From the sequence record NC_004629.1: a DNA stretch of 32,000 nt. The stretch is one strand, 5' to 3'. A model generated the notes under the pieces. The model was given only the letters and a program-made list of their open reading frames with translations, made no database searches and was not told the DNA's origin. Positions 1-8,735 of this stretch are shown here, one piece after another (the stretch's first letter is position 1; every line of letters begins with the position of its first letter). The DNA is from Pseudomonas phage phiKZ. A program made the position numbers and the translations under genes.

Positions 1-1
1 T

Positions 2-2926
2 CCCCCTGTAAAAGGTCGTTGGGTTGAAACAGGTTCACTTCGTGGTCCAGATGGTACTGGTCTAGTTATCCGTGGTCGTTGGCCTAATAACTTAGAATTA
101 CCTAAGACTGAAAGTAATAAACCTGGAGATGCTTACTCATGGAATAATCAACTCTGGGCGTGGATGCTTATCTCAGGTAATAATCCGCCAGAGAATCCAA
201 CTATTGATGACTATGATTGGTTCCCAGTTACACCACAGGGTGAACGTGGACCTGAGGGCCCTGAAGGTCCGCAAGGTAAAGATGGTGAAATTGGTCCTGA
301 AGGTCCTCAGGGTGAACCAGCAATGCCGTTTACCATTAAGGATTCACTACCATCACCAGCTGATTTACCTGATCCATCTGTAGCTAAAGAATCAGAAGCA
401 TACTTAGTTACTATGGAAGCTGGTAAACCAGAACATCTATTCATCTTTGTAAAAGGGGCATGGTCAGACCTAGGTACTTTCCAAGGCCCTGAGGGTCCAC
501 AAGGTAAACCAGGTAATACAGGTGATCCGGGTCCCGATGGTAAACAAGGTGAACCTGGTCCACAAGGTCGTAACTTAGAAGTAGTTAAAGCAGTTGAAAC
601 TGCTGATGATCTATTAACCACCACTGGTGTAGAACAATACCAAGGTGTTTCAGTACGTTCCACCAATACGGTTTATGTACTGACTGGTCAAGATCCGACT
701 GTTGATATCTCATGGACAGCCATGGGTTCATTCCGTGGTCCGCAGGGCCCTGAAGGTCCGCAAGGTGAAGATGGCGAACAAGGTCTACCTGGTGAACCAG
801 GGGCACAAGGTAAATCGGCTTTCCAAGTAGCATTGGACAATGGCTTCACTGGTACTGAGGGTGAATGGTTAATCAGTCTACATGGTAAGAACGTAGTTAT
901 TACTGGTGCTGTTGCCAATGAGGCAGCCCTGCCGGCAGATGCTCCTGATCAGGCAGCGTACTTCACACAAGACACATCTACCTTATTTGTTAAGATAGAT
1001 GGTAATTGGGTAAATAGTGGTACACATCGAGGTCCTAAAGGTGAAGATGGCGCACCTGGTAAAGACGGTGATCAGGGACCAGAAGGCCCCGAGGGTCCAG
1101 AAGGCCCACAAGGTCCCGCTGGTGAACCTATCCAGATCATCGCAGCGATTGACACTCCTGAAGATACCCCACCAGAAGCACTTGCCGATAACCAATGGAA
1201 AGCATATACTGTTAAGTCCACGGGCGAAGTATTTGTTAACATGGACGGTAGTCGCTGGACTAGCGTTGGTATTATGGCAGGTCCGCAAGGTAAACCGGGT
1301 GAAGGTTTAAACATTAAAGGTGTTTTAACCGATGCTTCACAACTACCAAAGAAAGACACTGATCCTGACTTAGTAACTGGTGATTCATACTGGGTTGAAA
1401 CTAATGAAGGTACAATGCTCTATACTTACCAAGGTCAGGAAATTGATGGCTATATCGGCCCAATTAATCTAAATGGTGAGCAGGGTATCCAGGGTGTCGA
1501 AGGCCCACAAGACCCTGAGGGTAAACAAGGTGGTGGTCTATTAATTATCTATGTTGGTGATGATGCTGGTAAACCAGTAGCATCTACTGATAACGTAGGT
1601 AAAGGTATAGCTATCCATACTGGTACCGAAGGACAAGTAGAAGTATTCGTATGTATTGATACAGCCGGTACATTTACTTGGGAAAGTCTAGGTGTTTTAG
1701 CAATGGGTCCAGAAGGCCCACAAGGACCTGAAGGTAAACAAGGTGTTCAAGGTATACCTGGTAAAACCGGTCAGAAAGGCGAACGTGGATCTTCATGGGT
1801 TATTCTACCAGAAGGTCAAACTGCACCCACTTCTATCGATGGTAATCGTGGTGACTGGTGTATCGACAAAACTGGTACCGTTTGGTATAAAGATGCTAAC
1901 TGGGTTGTATTCTACAAATTAATGTCAGTTCCAGTTAGTGAAGTCGATCCAGAAGATGTCGATAAGAAAATGGTTCGGTACAAACTCGGTTGGACTGAAC
2001 TACCTGTTGATGAGGTGGTAGATGCTGAAGTAGGTGTCTTCTATGGTCGCCGTAAAGCAACCGCTGACGGGGCTGTTGAATGGACTGCTATTGAATTACC
2101 AACACCTGCCATTGATGCTGTACCTAGTCCAGTTGTTAATGCACAATACGTTCGTAAAGGTATTGCAGGTGGTAAAACTGAATGGGCTACCATTACATTC
2201 CCAGAAATTCCTTCAGATGTAGTACGCGATACTGCACAAGCTACTAAGCCTCAAGGTCGTGTAGCTGGTAACTGGGTTGATGTAGCACCTCTGCAAACCG
2301 ATGATACTCTAATGGGTATGCAAAATGGTGAATGGGTAGCTGTACCAGCCGCAGTTATTGGCGAAGTACCTAGTGAAGGCGCTAATGGCACTAACTATGT
2401 ACGTGAGAAAACAGCTAGTGGTTCTAAATGGACACCTGTAACTATTATAGTTGATCAAGCTGATGCTACTAGTGGACAACTATTCCTACGTAACGCTGCG
2501 GCTAAATCATGGACTCTATTCCAAGGTCCGAATAATGATGTAACCGCTGATGGTGATTGGGTACGTAGCCGTACTGGTACTAATATTACTTGGAAGAAGC
2601 TAGATAAATCATTCGATGTATATAGTCTGAAATCAAGTACATTCACTGGTACAGCTTTAACTCTAACACCAGCTAACCAACAGTGCTATAGGGTTCAAAC
2701 TGCTGCTAACCAAACCATTACACTAGAGAATGGACCTGTTGATCGTATGGTAACGGTTGTTCTTGTACTACTTGGTAAGGTAGCTATGCCAACACTATCT
2801 AGTGCAGTGCTACAGTGGAACAATGGTACTCCATTAATAGTAGATGACCTAGGCGATACTAAAACAATTCTTACTCTCCTATGGGACGGTACTAATTGGG
2901 TAGTTTCCAAAGGTGCTGTTATTTAA
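2..2926 (+). CDS. Collagen-like (Gly-X-Y) phage tail fibre / virion fibre protein, partial (5' end outside the window)
   Basis: The frame of track ORF 164..2926 is open back to base 2 (PPVKGRWVETGSLRGPDGTGLVIRGRW...), so the ATG at 164 is not the start. There are many GPEGPQG/GKPGNTG-type collagen triplets alternating with Trp-containing modules. Stop TAA at 2924-2926. Confidence 0.9.
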   Translation, partial: PPVKGRWVETGSLRGPDGTGLVIRGRWPNNLELPKTESNKPGDAYSWNNQLWAWMLISGNNPPENPTIDDYDWFPVTPQGERGPEGPEGPQGKDGEIGPEGPQGEPAMPFTIKDSLPSPADLPDPSVAKESEAYLVTMEAGKPEHLFIFVKGAWSDLGTFQGPEGPQGKPGNTGDPGPDGKQGEPGPQGRNLEVVKAVETADDLLTTTGVEQYQGVSVRSTNTVYVLTGQDPTVDISWTAMGSFRGPQGPEGPQGEDGEQGLPGEPGAQGKSAFQVALDNGFTGTEGEWLISLHGKNVVITGAVANEAALPADAPDQAAYFTQDTSTLFVKIDGNWVNSGTHRGPKGEDGAPGKDGDQGPEGPEGPEGPQGPAGEPIQIIAAIDTPEDTPPEALADNQWKAYTVKSTGEVFVNMDGSRWTSVGIMAGPQGKPGEGLNIKGVLTDASQLPKKDTDPDLVTGDSYWVETNEGTMLYTYQGQEIDGYIGPINLNGEQGIQGVEGPQDPEGKQGGGLLIIYVGDDAGKPVASTDNVGKGIAIHTGTEGQVEVFVCIDTAGTFTWESLGVLAMGPEGPQGPEGKQGVQGIPGKTGQKGERGSSWVILPEGQTAPTSIDGNRGDWCIDKTGTVWYKDANWVVFYKLMSVPVSEVDPEDVDKKMVRYKLGWTELPVDEVVDAEVGVFYGRRKATADGAVEWTAIELPTPAIDAVPSPVVNAQYVRKGIAGGKTEWATITFPEIPSDVVRDTAQATKPQGRVAGNWVDVAPLQTDDTLMGMQNGEWVAVPAAVIGEVPSEGANGTNYVREKTASGSKWTPVTIIVDQADATSGQLFLRNAAAKSWTLFQGPNNDVTADGDWVRSRTGTNITWKKLDKSFDVYSLKSSTFTGTALTLTPANQQCYRVQTAANQTITLENGPVDRMVTVVLVLLGKVAMPTLSSAVLQWNNGTPLIVDDLGDTKTILTLLWDGTNWVVSKGAVI

Positions 2927-2937
2927 AACGACATATT

Positions 2938-2957
2938 GCCCTCCCTTCGGGGAGGGC
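2938..2957. terminator. Hairpin terminator gccctccc-ttcg-gggagggc followed by TTTATTTCGTC
   Basis: Perfect 8-bp stem with a TTCG loop, directly after the fibre gene stop, at a convergent junction. Confidence 0.85.
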
Positions 2958-3025
2958 TTTATTTCGTCGTTTAAGACACTTTTTATATTATCTATACCAA
3001 TGTAGTAATTATAGCTTAAAACAGC

Positions 3026-3052
3026 ATAGAAAGCCCTATTAGGGCTTTCTAT
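3026..3052. terminator. Second, bidirectional-looking hairpin atagaaagcccta-t-tagggctttctat
   Basis: Near-perfect 27-nt palindrome just 3' of the minus-strand gene ending at 3059. The minus strand reads into GCTGTTTT. Confidence 0.75.
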
Positions 3053-3058
3053 TGGGTA

Positions 3059-3775
3059 TCATGGCTTAAACATGGAAAAGTATTCAGCATCGATGAAATC
3101 AAAGTCGATATTAAGTTTATGCTTTAGCTGGAAATCCATGATAATAAACTGTTTATCTTCAACAGCTAATTCACTTACGTCTTTCTCAAATAGCTTTGGA
3201 CCAATAATGGTAAAGTCAGGCATCAACACTTGTCCTAATTCAAGAACATGGGTTTTACACCATTCTCCAAAATTATACATAATCGCCATCGAATAGATAG
3301 AGTTTAATCTAGAACAAGTAAGGTCTGTTAATTGAGTATTAATCAGGGTGATCTGAATATGATCACCTATGTACTTATGTAAGCAGTATAGTAATTCATC
3401 TTGAGCATCTGGTGTTAATTCATATGGCCAGATATTAACTTCAAGACATGTTTCAAAATTAGCATTAACTATACCGTCTAATCTATTCAAATCTGATTGA
3501 GCTATTAATTGAATAATAAATGGAATGATACCAGTGAATATAGAACTATTGATAGTATCAGCAGTATTTTCGCCACCACGTTTAGAATAAGCTTCGACAA
3601 ATTGTTCATTAGTTACTAAACCATCTGTTAGTTTAGTCCAATCATCCATTTCCCTATGCCAATAAACTTGACCATTGGTAACAAGCTTATTAGCCGCATC
3701 TTTATTTAGTAACCTAATGGTCCCTAACCGTGTATCTAATAGTGAATCAAGATCAATTAAGATTTTACGAAACAT
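3059..3775 (-). CDS. Hypothetical phage protein (238 aa)
   Basis: Long ORF overlapping the preceding gene by 11 nt in a co-directional minus block. AAGGCGG lies upstream of the ATG. Confidence 0.75.
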   Translation of the reverse strand: MFRKILIDLDSLLDTRLGTIRLLNKDAANKLVTNGQVYWHREMDDWTKLTDGLVTNEQFVEAYSKRGGENTADTINSSIFTGIIPFIIQLIAQSDLNRLDGIVNANFETCLEVNIWPYELTPDAQDELLYCLHKYIGDHIQITLINTQLTDLTCSRLNSIYSMAIMYNFGEWCKTHVLELGQVLMPDFTIIGPKLFEKDVSELAVEDKQFIIMDFQLKHKLNIDFDFIDAEYFSMFKP

Positions 3776-4271
3776 TATTATTTACCGCCTTCTTTTTAGA
3801 TGGCTTAGCTTGAACTGGGATAGATTCAACTAGATTAGTAATATAACGGATATTTAAACATTGACAAATAATCCAAACTAACCAATCATTTTGGTATAAA
3901 ATGTCAGTTAATTCTTTTCGTGGAATTAATCGCGCTAACATCTCTTGGTCAACAATAGTTGAATTAGGTTGATAAGGATAAATAGAATTAGCTAGTAATT
4001 CCACCACACCATCCCAATCAGTAACAGCCATCTTAAATCGACTAACTAAACTTAAGATGGGTTGAAGACGATTACCTTTGTTACGGAATAAATTCCAGAT
4101 ATCCCTAATAACTGTTTTATCAGCAATGTGATACCAATGGGTATTAGTACTCCAGTTATTTAGTAAATCCAAAATATCCGCAATGATTTCAGCACTGTAT
4201 CCATTTACTAACTCAGTATTAGATACAATTAAAGCTTCACACATATCTTCGTAAATCTGGCGATTATTCAT
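3765..4271 (-). CDS. Hypothetical phage protein (168 aa)
   Basis: ORF tightly packed between co-directional neighbours. Confidence 0.7.
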   Translation of the reverse strand: MNNRQIYEDMCEALIVSNTELVNGYSAEIIADILDLLNNWSTNTHWYHIADKTVIRDIWNLFRNKGNRLQPILSLVSRFKMAVTDWDGVVELLANSIYPYQPNSTIVDQEMLARLIPRKELTDILYQNDWLVWIICQCLNIRYITNLVESIPVQAKPSKKKAVNNNVS

Positions 4272-4273
4272 AG

Positions 4274-4948
4274 TTACACCAAGTTATTTTGTAACATCAT
4301 GCCTTTTAGATAACATGCAAATGTTTTATTAGATTGCACAGTAGTATCATAAGTAGACATGATGGAATCAACAGAAGCACTACCAGTTTCGATAATAGAG
4401 CGGTTCATTGCATTATATGCTTTCTGGTCACCACCACGTAGTTTCATGAATTCAATCATGGAATAACGGAGACCTTTTGAAGCGTTAACCTGAATCTCTG
4501 GTGCAGACATACGTGATCCTTTAGAATCACCAGTTACTTGCCCTGACCTCTGGTCAATCACATGACTAGAACCTGGAATACTTTTCTTTTTCTCAAGCAT
4601 TTGTACTTGACGACGGATTGGTATTAAACCAACTAAATGTTTATTAGCAGTTCGATATACCTGGCCAGTACCTGGGTCAGTTAAAATGATGTGTTGGAAT
4701 AAATTATGACCAATCGCTTTAGCAACTTTATAATTTCGCTTAATAGTTAATTTAGGCTTAGCGCATAAGTTAGGGGCATATAACGCCAACATCTCTTCAC
4801 CAGAATCTAACTTATTAATCCACTCCTCAAATTCCTCATCATTCATTCGTGCAAACATTTCTTTATAGATATCAACATTACTACTACCAGGTAGAAACAT
4901 GTCAATAATCCATAGGCATTCTTTTTCTACCAATTCTCGTTTAGTCAT
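4274..4948 (-). CDS. Hypothetical phage protein (224 aa)
   Basis: ORF with AAGGAAATTACC-ATG ribosome binding site. Confidence 0.8.
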   Translation of the reverse strand: MTKRELVEKECLWIIDMFLPGSSNVDIYKEMFARMNDEEFEEWINKLDSGEEMLALYAPNLCAKPKLTIKRNYKVAKAIGHNLFQHIILTDPGTGQVYRTANKHLVGLIPIRRQVQMLEKKKSIPGSSHVIDQRSGQVTGDSKGSRMSAPEIQVNASKGLRYSMIEFMKLRGGDQKAYNAMNRSIIETGSASVDSIMSTYDTTVQSNKTFACYLKGMMLQNNLV

Positions 4949-4980
4949 GGTAATTTCCTTTAAGGTTGTTTAACATACCA

Positions 4981-5301
4981 TTAGCTTGAGCGAGATACCC
5001 CTTGATAGACAGGTATTGAATTCTGGTCAGTACATGGAGGCAACCTATGCCTCTTAAGAATTGGTAATATGTTGGCTAGAAAATTAGCATACCATACTTC
5101 AAAGGTGACTGAATCATCAATGGTAGTTCTAGCTGTCAACGTCTGACTAGGGTATTGAGCTAATAGTTGTTGAAAGCAAGCTGATAAAGTGGGTACATCT
5201 GTACACACTGGTAATCGACGTAATAGATCTTCTGATAGTTCAACATCAAACATTCGTAGACGTTGACAAAGTGTTAAACGATAATCTTCTGTAGTTTTCA
5301 T
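4981..5301 (-). CDS. Hypothetical phage protein (106 aa)
   Basis: ORF with AAGGAACTATA-ATG ribosome binding site, part of the minus operon. Confidence 0.7.
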   Translation of the reverse strand: MKTTEDYRLTLCQRLRMFDVELSEDLLRRLPVCTDVPTLSACFQQLLAQYPSQTLTARTTIDDSVTFEVWYANFLANILPILKRHRLPPCTDQNSIPVYQGVSRSS

Positions 5302-5324
5302 TATAGTTCCTTAGGGTCTTTATT

Positions 5325-5675
5325 TTACTTTGATATCTCACCACAGTAAATGACCTCTGTTTTTGTTTCAAGCCATTCTACTAATAAATGCCGGTGACAG
5401 AAATTACCAGCACGACAATAACAACCTAATGCTACTTCCTCTAATTGGAAGAACCATTTAAAGAATTCTGGATTATCAATCAATGATTGCTCTAACATAC
5501 TGAGATATGCTTCAGTGTATTCATCATCTGATATAATTCCTTTCTTATGTCCCATAACCATTAACCAAGTAGGTGCGAGTTGATACGCACCTGATTTAAC
5601 AGTTATGTCTAGAGGTTTTATTCCTTTCTCTATAACTAACTTATATTTAGCTATCTGATAAGTGTAAACATTCAT
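5325..5675 (-). CDS. Hypothetical phage protein (116 aa), Cys-containing
   Basis: ORF packed in the minus operon, start MNVYTYQIAKYK. Confidence 0.7.
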   Translation of the reverse strand: MNVYTYQIAKYKLVIEKGIKPLDITVKSGAYQLAPTWLMVMGHKKGIISDDEYTEAYLSMLEQSLIDNPEFFKWFFQLEEVALGCYCRAGNFCHRHLLVEWLETKTEVIYCGEISK

Positions 5676-5751
5676 ATACCAAACCTGACATAACTAGGGA
5701 TCTTATTGACCCCTAGTTATTTTGAAACTGGCGATAACATCTATACTAACA

Positions 5752-7191
5752 TTAAGCTTTTGCTTTAGCTAGTTCAAGAGGTACAATTTTAGCTTTTTCT
5801 TCGTCAGTCATCCAGTATGGTTTATATTCACTTTTACGCATACGTAGTAGGTCATACGTGGATAGGAATTTTTTATCACTAAACTGTTCGTCTTCTTCGA
5901 ACATCCAATAGCCACGAGTATTATTAAGAATAATATCCCAATCATAACCCATTACTTTAAGATCAGCATATAGCTCAGCTGGCGTTACTACATAATCTCC
6001 AAGATTCCAACGTTGGAATTGAATTAATTGTAGCATTTCAGATTGGATTTCAACAGCTCGTTGTAGAGCAGGGTTATCCATCAATTTCTTACGAACAGTG
6101 GTCCGACTTAGTTTGATATCAGGACATAGCTCAACGAAGTAGTTAATGTTATTACCACCAATCCCCCAATCATTTTCACGGCAATAATGGAATTCTGATA
6201 GTGATGGAAGAATACCTTCAGTTTGTGAAACAATGAGATGGAATGGTAGACCAGTAATTCCACCTTTACCACGTAAGTTAATAACTTCTAGAATACGTAG
6301 ATCTGTATCGCCTTCAATAGCAGTTGAATTGTCAATTGGATATAAAGGCATTTTTTCTTTATTGACTAACGGTTTATTAGATTCAATAGAAAACACATTA
6401 TTCGGTAGAGAGTAGAAACCACCTGACACCCCTTTAAGAACCGTATCCTTCTTCATATGCGATAGATTACGTTTATCAGTAGGGTACATCTCAATTTGAA
6501 TGATATCTCCAACGTGTGCAGTGAGAATCATGTATGTACTGGTTTTAGCACAGATCTGCGGTAGCTGGTTAAATAACTGATTCTTAGCTTTACCATTAGT
6601 CATTGCATCAGTGTTTACTTTAGAATCACCGATAGCATTTTTAGCATACATTTCAGACACAGCTGAGACAATGAACTTTGAGAAACTATCAATGAACCCG
6701 CCAGTTGGGTACAGTGCTTTCTTATTATTACCATTCACATCAAGAAATGGGGTAGTACGTAGATAATCTTTTTCAGCCTTTTCTTTTTCAGATAATGCAT
6801 CGCGGAAGATTTTGAACCACTCATCCCCAGTATAACGAGATAAGTCAGTAAACATGTATTGCTCATCATTTTCCCAATCGATAGCAGCTAGCTCAGGATA
6901 AGCTTGTGCTAAAGATGTAAATCGAGCACCTGGGTTTAATGTACCTTCTGTATCGTAAGTCATTGCATGTGCACCGGGGAAAGCACGGCGCATCATTGCC
7001 ATGAGGTAGATACCTAATGCAGTTTTAAAATTGTTAGGTCGTGAAGCAATACCAGTTAGTGATCCCATACCACCATTTAGAATCATTTCACCATGCTTAC
7101 CTTGTTCATACTTACCAGTTGAAATGTCCATAAGGCATCCGATGTTAAGAGCCGGTCGGAAAGCTGGACGTTCGAAATGTTTACCAAACAT
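5752..7191 (-). CDS. RecA/UvsX-like recombination ATPase (479 aa)
   Basis: N-terminal GIASRPNNFKTALGIYLMAMMRR resembles the UvsX-type FK[ST] P-loop region. It is followed by MTYDTEGTL and by STYMILTAHVGDIIQ, typical of RecA-fold phage ATPases. GGAG ribosome binding site upstream. Confidence 0.65.
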   Translation of the reverse strand: MFGKHFERPAFRPALNIGCLMDISTGKYEQGKHGEMILNGGMGSLTGIASRPNNFKTALGIYLMAMMRRAFPGAHAMTYDTEGTLNPGARFTSLAQAYPELAAIDWENDEQYMFTDLSRYTGDEWFKIFRDALSEKEKAEKDYLRTTPFLDVNGNNKKALYPTGGFIDSFSKFIVSAVSEMYAKNAIGDSKVNTDAMTNGKAKNQLFNQLPQICAKTSTYMILTAHVGDIIQIEMYPTDKRNLSHMKKDTVLKGVSGGFYSLPNNVFSIESNKPLVNKEKMPLYPIDNSTAIEGDTDLRILEVINLRGKGGITGLPFHLIVSQTEGILPSLSEFHYCRENDWGIGGNNINYFVELCPDIKLSRTTVRKKLMDNPALQRAVEIQSEMLQLIQFQRWNLGDYVVTPAELYADLKVMGYDWDIILNNTRGYWMFEEDEQFSDKKFLSTYDLLRMRKSEYKPYWMTDEEKAKIVPLELAKAKA

Positions 7192-7246
7192 GTTGACTCC
7201 ATTTTTTAAGTTAAACAGTCAATTAATTGATTTGGAGAGTAATTTT

Positions 7247-7285
7247 ATGTCTACATATTCAACAATCCTTGCGCAAGGAAATTAA
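7247..7285 (+). CDS. Possible 12-aa leader peptide MSTYSTILAQGN
   Basis: GGAG Shine-Dalgarno at 7234-7237, 9 nt from the ATG. The stop lies 3 nt before the next ATG at 7289. Confidence 0.4.
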   Translation: MSTYSTILAQGN

Positions 7286-7288
7286 GAC

Positions 7289-8203
7289 ATGTTTAACATC
7301 CATAAATACGCTAAAAGTATTTCACTAGAAAATGATTGTCAGGATCTAATTGAATCTGACAATATTGTTAATGATGATATTAGTTTAGTACAAGTTGATC
7401 CAAAACAACAGCTTGTAGATATTACTGAGACTATTTCTCAAGAAGCTAATTTCGCAACAAACGCTATTAACATTATCAATAAACGCGGTGCTAATTTTGC
7501 TATCGCTGCTCGTAATGCATTTACGTCGATGACTAACTGGAGTAATCAAATTATTCCTGAGTTCCATCCAGCGCAGATGCGCCATTTAGTTTCACACATT
7601 GATTATTTAGAAGTAGCAAATACAATCGTGCCACAACCAGTTGGTTTTAATGGTGAGATTCCAGACTATGTTGATTATCTATTAACAGAAGCTAAGGAAA
7701 TGGCCACTATTATTCCAGCAGTATTAGACCCGGTTAAAGCACAACTTGGGTATTACCTACAACAGCGTGCTGATCGAATGGATAAGCGTGGCTTTGCTAA
7801 TTCATTTGCAATGGCATCGATCAATGACCTTGCTAAAGATGCTTCCTTCTATGACAGTGACAACCGGTCAAGTACAGCTGAGTTTGGTAAGCTTTACCCA
7901 TCATTAAATTCATTTGTTGATGCAACAAAGAAAATGAACGATATTCGTAGCATTTTATCACGTGTTCGTCCAAATGATGTAAAACGTGCTTCAGAAGCGC
8001 TTAGTCAATTAATTGATAGCTTTATGGAGGATGTTAAGGATAGTAACTCTGACACCTCTCCAGAGCTGTTACAGACATTAATTGAAGGGGTTACATGGGC
8101 AGCAGACCATGTTGAACGTTATTCAACACTCTTCACTAAGATTGTTGAGACTGCGAACACAATGAAAGCCACTGAAGATATTCTTCGTGAAATCATTGGA
8201 TAA
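7289..8203 (+). CDS. Hypothetical phage protein (304 aa), predicted mostly helical
   Basis: ORF with AAGGA 9 nt upstream of the ATG. Terminator hairpin immediately follows. Confidence 0.8.
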   Translation: MFNIHKYAKSISLENDCQDLIESDNIVNDDISLVQVDPKQQLVDITETISQEANFATNAINIINKRGANFAIAARNAFTSMTNWSNQIIPEFHPAQMRHLVSHIDYLEVANTIVPQPVGFNGEIPDYVDYLLTEAKEMATIIPAVLDPVKAQLGYYLQQRADRMDKRGFANSFAMASINDLAKDASFYDSDNRSSTAEFGKLYPSLNSFVDATKKMNDIRSILSRVRPNDVKRASEALSQLIDSFMEDVKDSNSDTSPELLQTLIEGVTWAADHVERYSTLFTKIVETANTMKATEDILREIIG

Positions 8204-8206
8204 CAG

Positions 8207-8240
8207 CATAAGCCCTCTCCCAAAAGGAGAGGGCATTATG
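8207..8240. terminator. Hairpin cataa-gccctctcc-caaaa-ggagagggc-attatg
   Basis: Perfect 9-bp GC stem with flanking CATAA/TTATG inverted arms, at a convergent junction. Confidence 0.85.
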
Positions 8241-8249
8241 TCGTACCAA

Positions 8250-8735
8250 TCAATTTGGAATACACTTCTCATGTAAACTTAATTTAAAGAGGGTTTTCAA
8301 ATCCTTTAAAAAAGTTGCATCATCAGCATATTTCATCCAACACGGAGTCTTACGAATAAGCCTCATGAAAAATTGATCAGTGGTTAGATCTGCTTTATCA
8401 ATCTTATCGATTGCTATCACGCCTTTCCATACGTACGGCCCATAATGAATAGGGAGTCGTAAGGCAGCTTCATCGCGTACTAGTTTCATGTTAGAATTCA
8501 AATGAGAGATCTTTTCACACTCATTTGTCTTACACTGTACTATAACGGAGTACAGTGACGCCATGACGCACATCCGCTTTAGTTCGGGATCAGCATAGTC
8601 CCAGAGCTTAATCCAAATTGCCCTGAAACCATTCTTAACCGACTTTTTGAATCTGCTAATAAGGTTCATGGAATACCCACTATTTTGGGAGAATAAATTG
8701 TGTATAGGGTGATTGATAGATAGCTGAGCCATCAT
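8250..8735 (-). CDS. Hypothetical phage protein (161 aa, or 139 aa if started at 8669)
   Basis: The track start overlaps the RNase H gene by 56 nt. The internal ATG at 8669 (MNLISRFKKS) avoids the overlap and is a plausible true start. Confidence 0.65.
   Translation of the reverse strand: MMAQLSINHPIHNLFSQNSGYSMNLISRFKKSVKNGFRAIWIKLWDYADPELKRMCVMASLYSVIVQCKTNECEKISHLNSNMKLVRDEAALRLPIHYGPYVWKGVIAIDKIDKADLTTDQFFMRLIRKTPCWMKYADDATFLKDLKTLFKLSLHEKCIPN

Noticed and set aside
129-1359. Many ORFs on both strands overlapping the collagen-like gene (e.g. 307..666 -, 585..833 -, 983..1288 -, 1017..1310 +)
   Set aside because: They are shadows of the repetitive Gly/Pro-rich coding sequence. The long sense frame clearly explains the DNA.
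3838-3845. Minus-strand TATATTAC octamer 63 nt upstream of the 3775 start
   Set aside because: It lies in coding sequence and lacks the CACTAAAAAA upstream block. The octamer also occurs inside the PAAR gene (18086-18093), so single matches are expected by chance.
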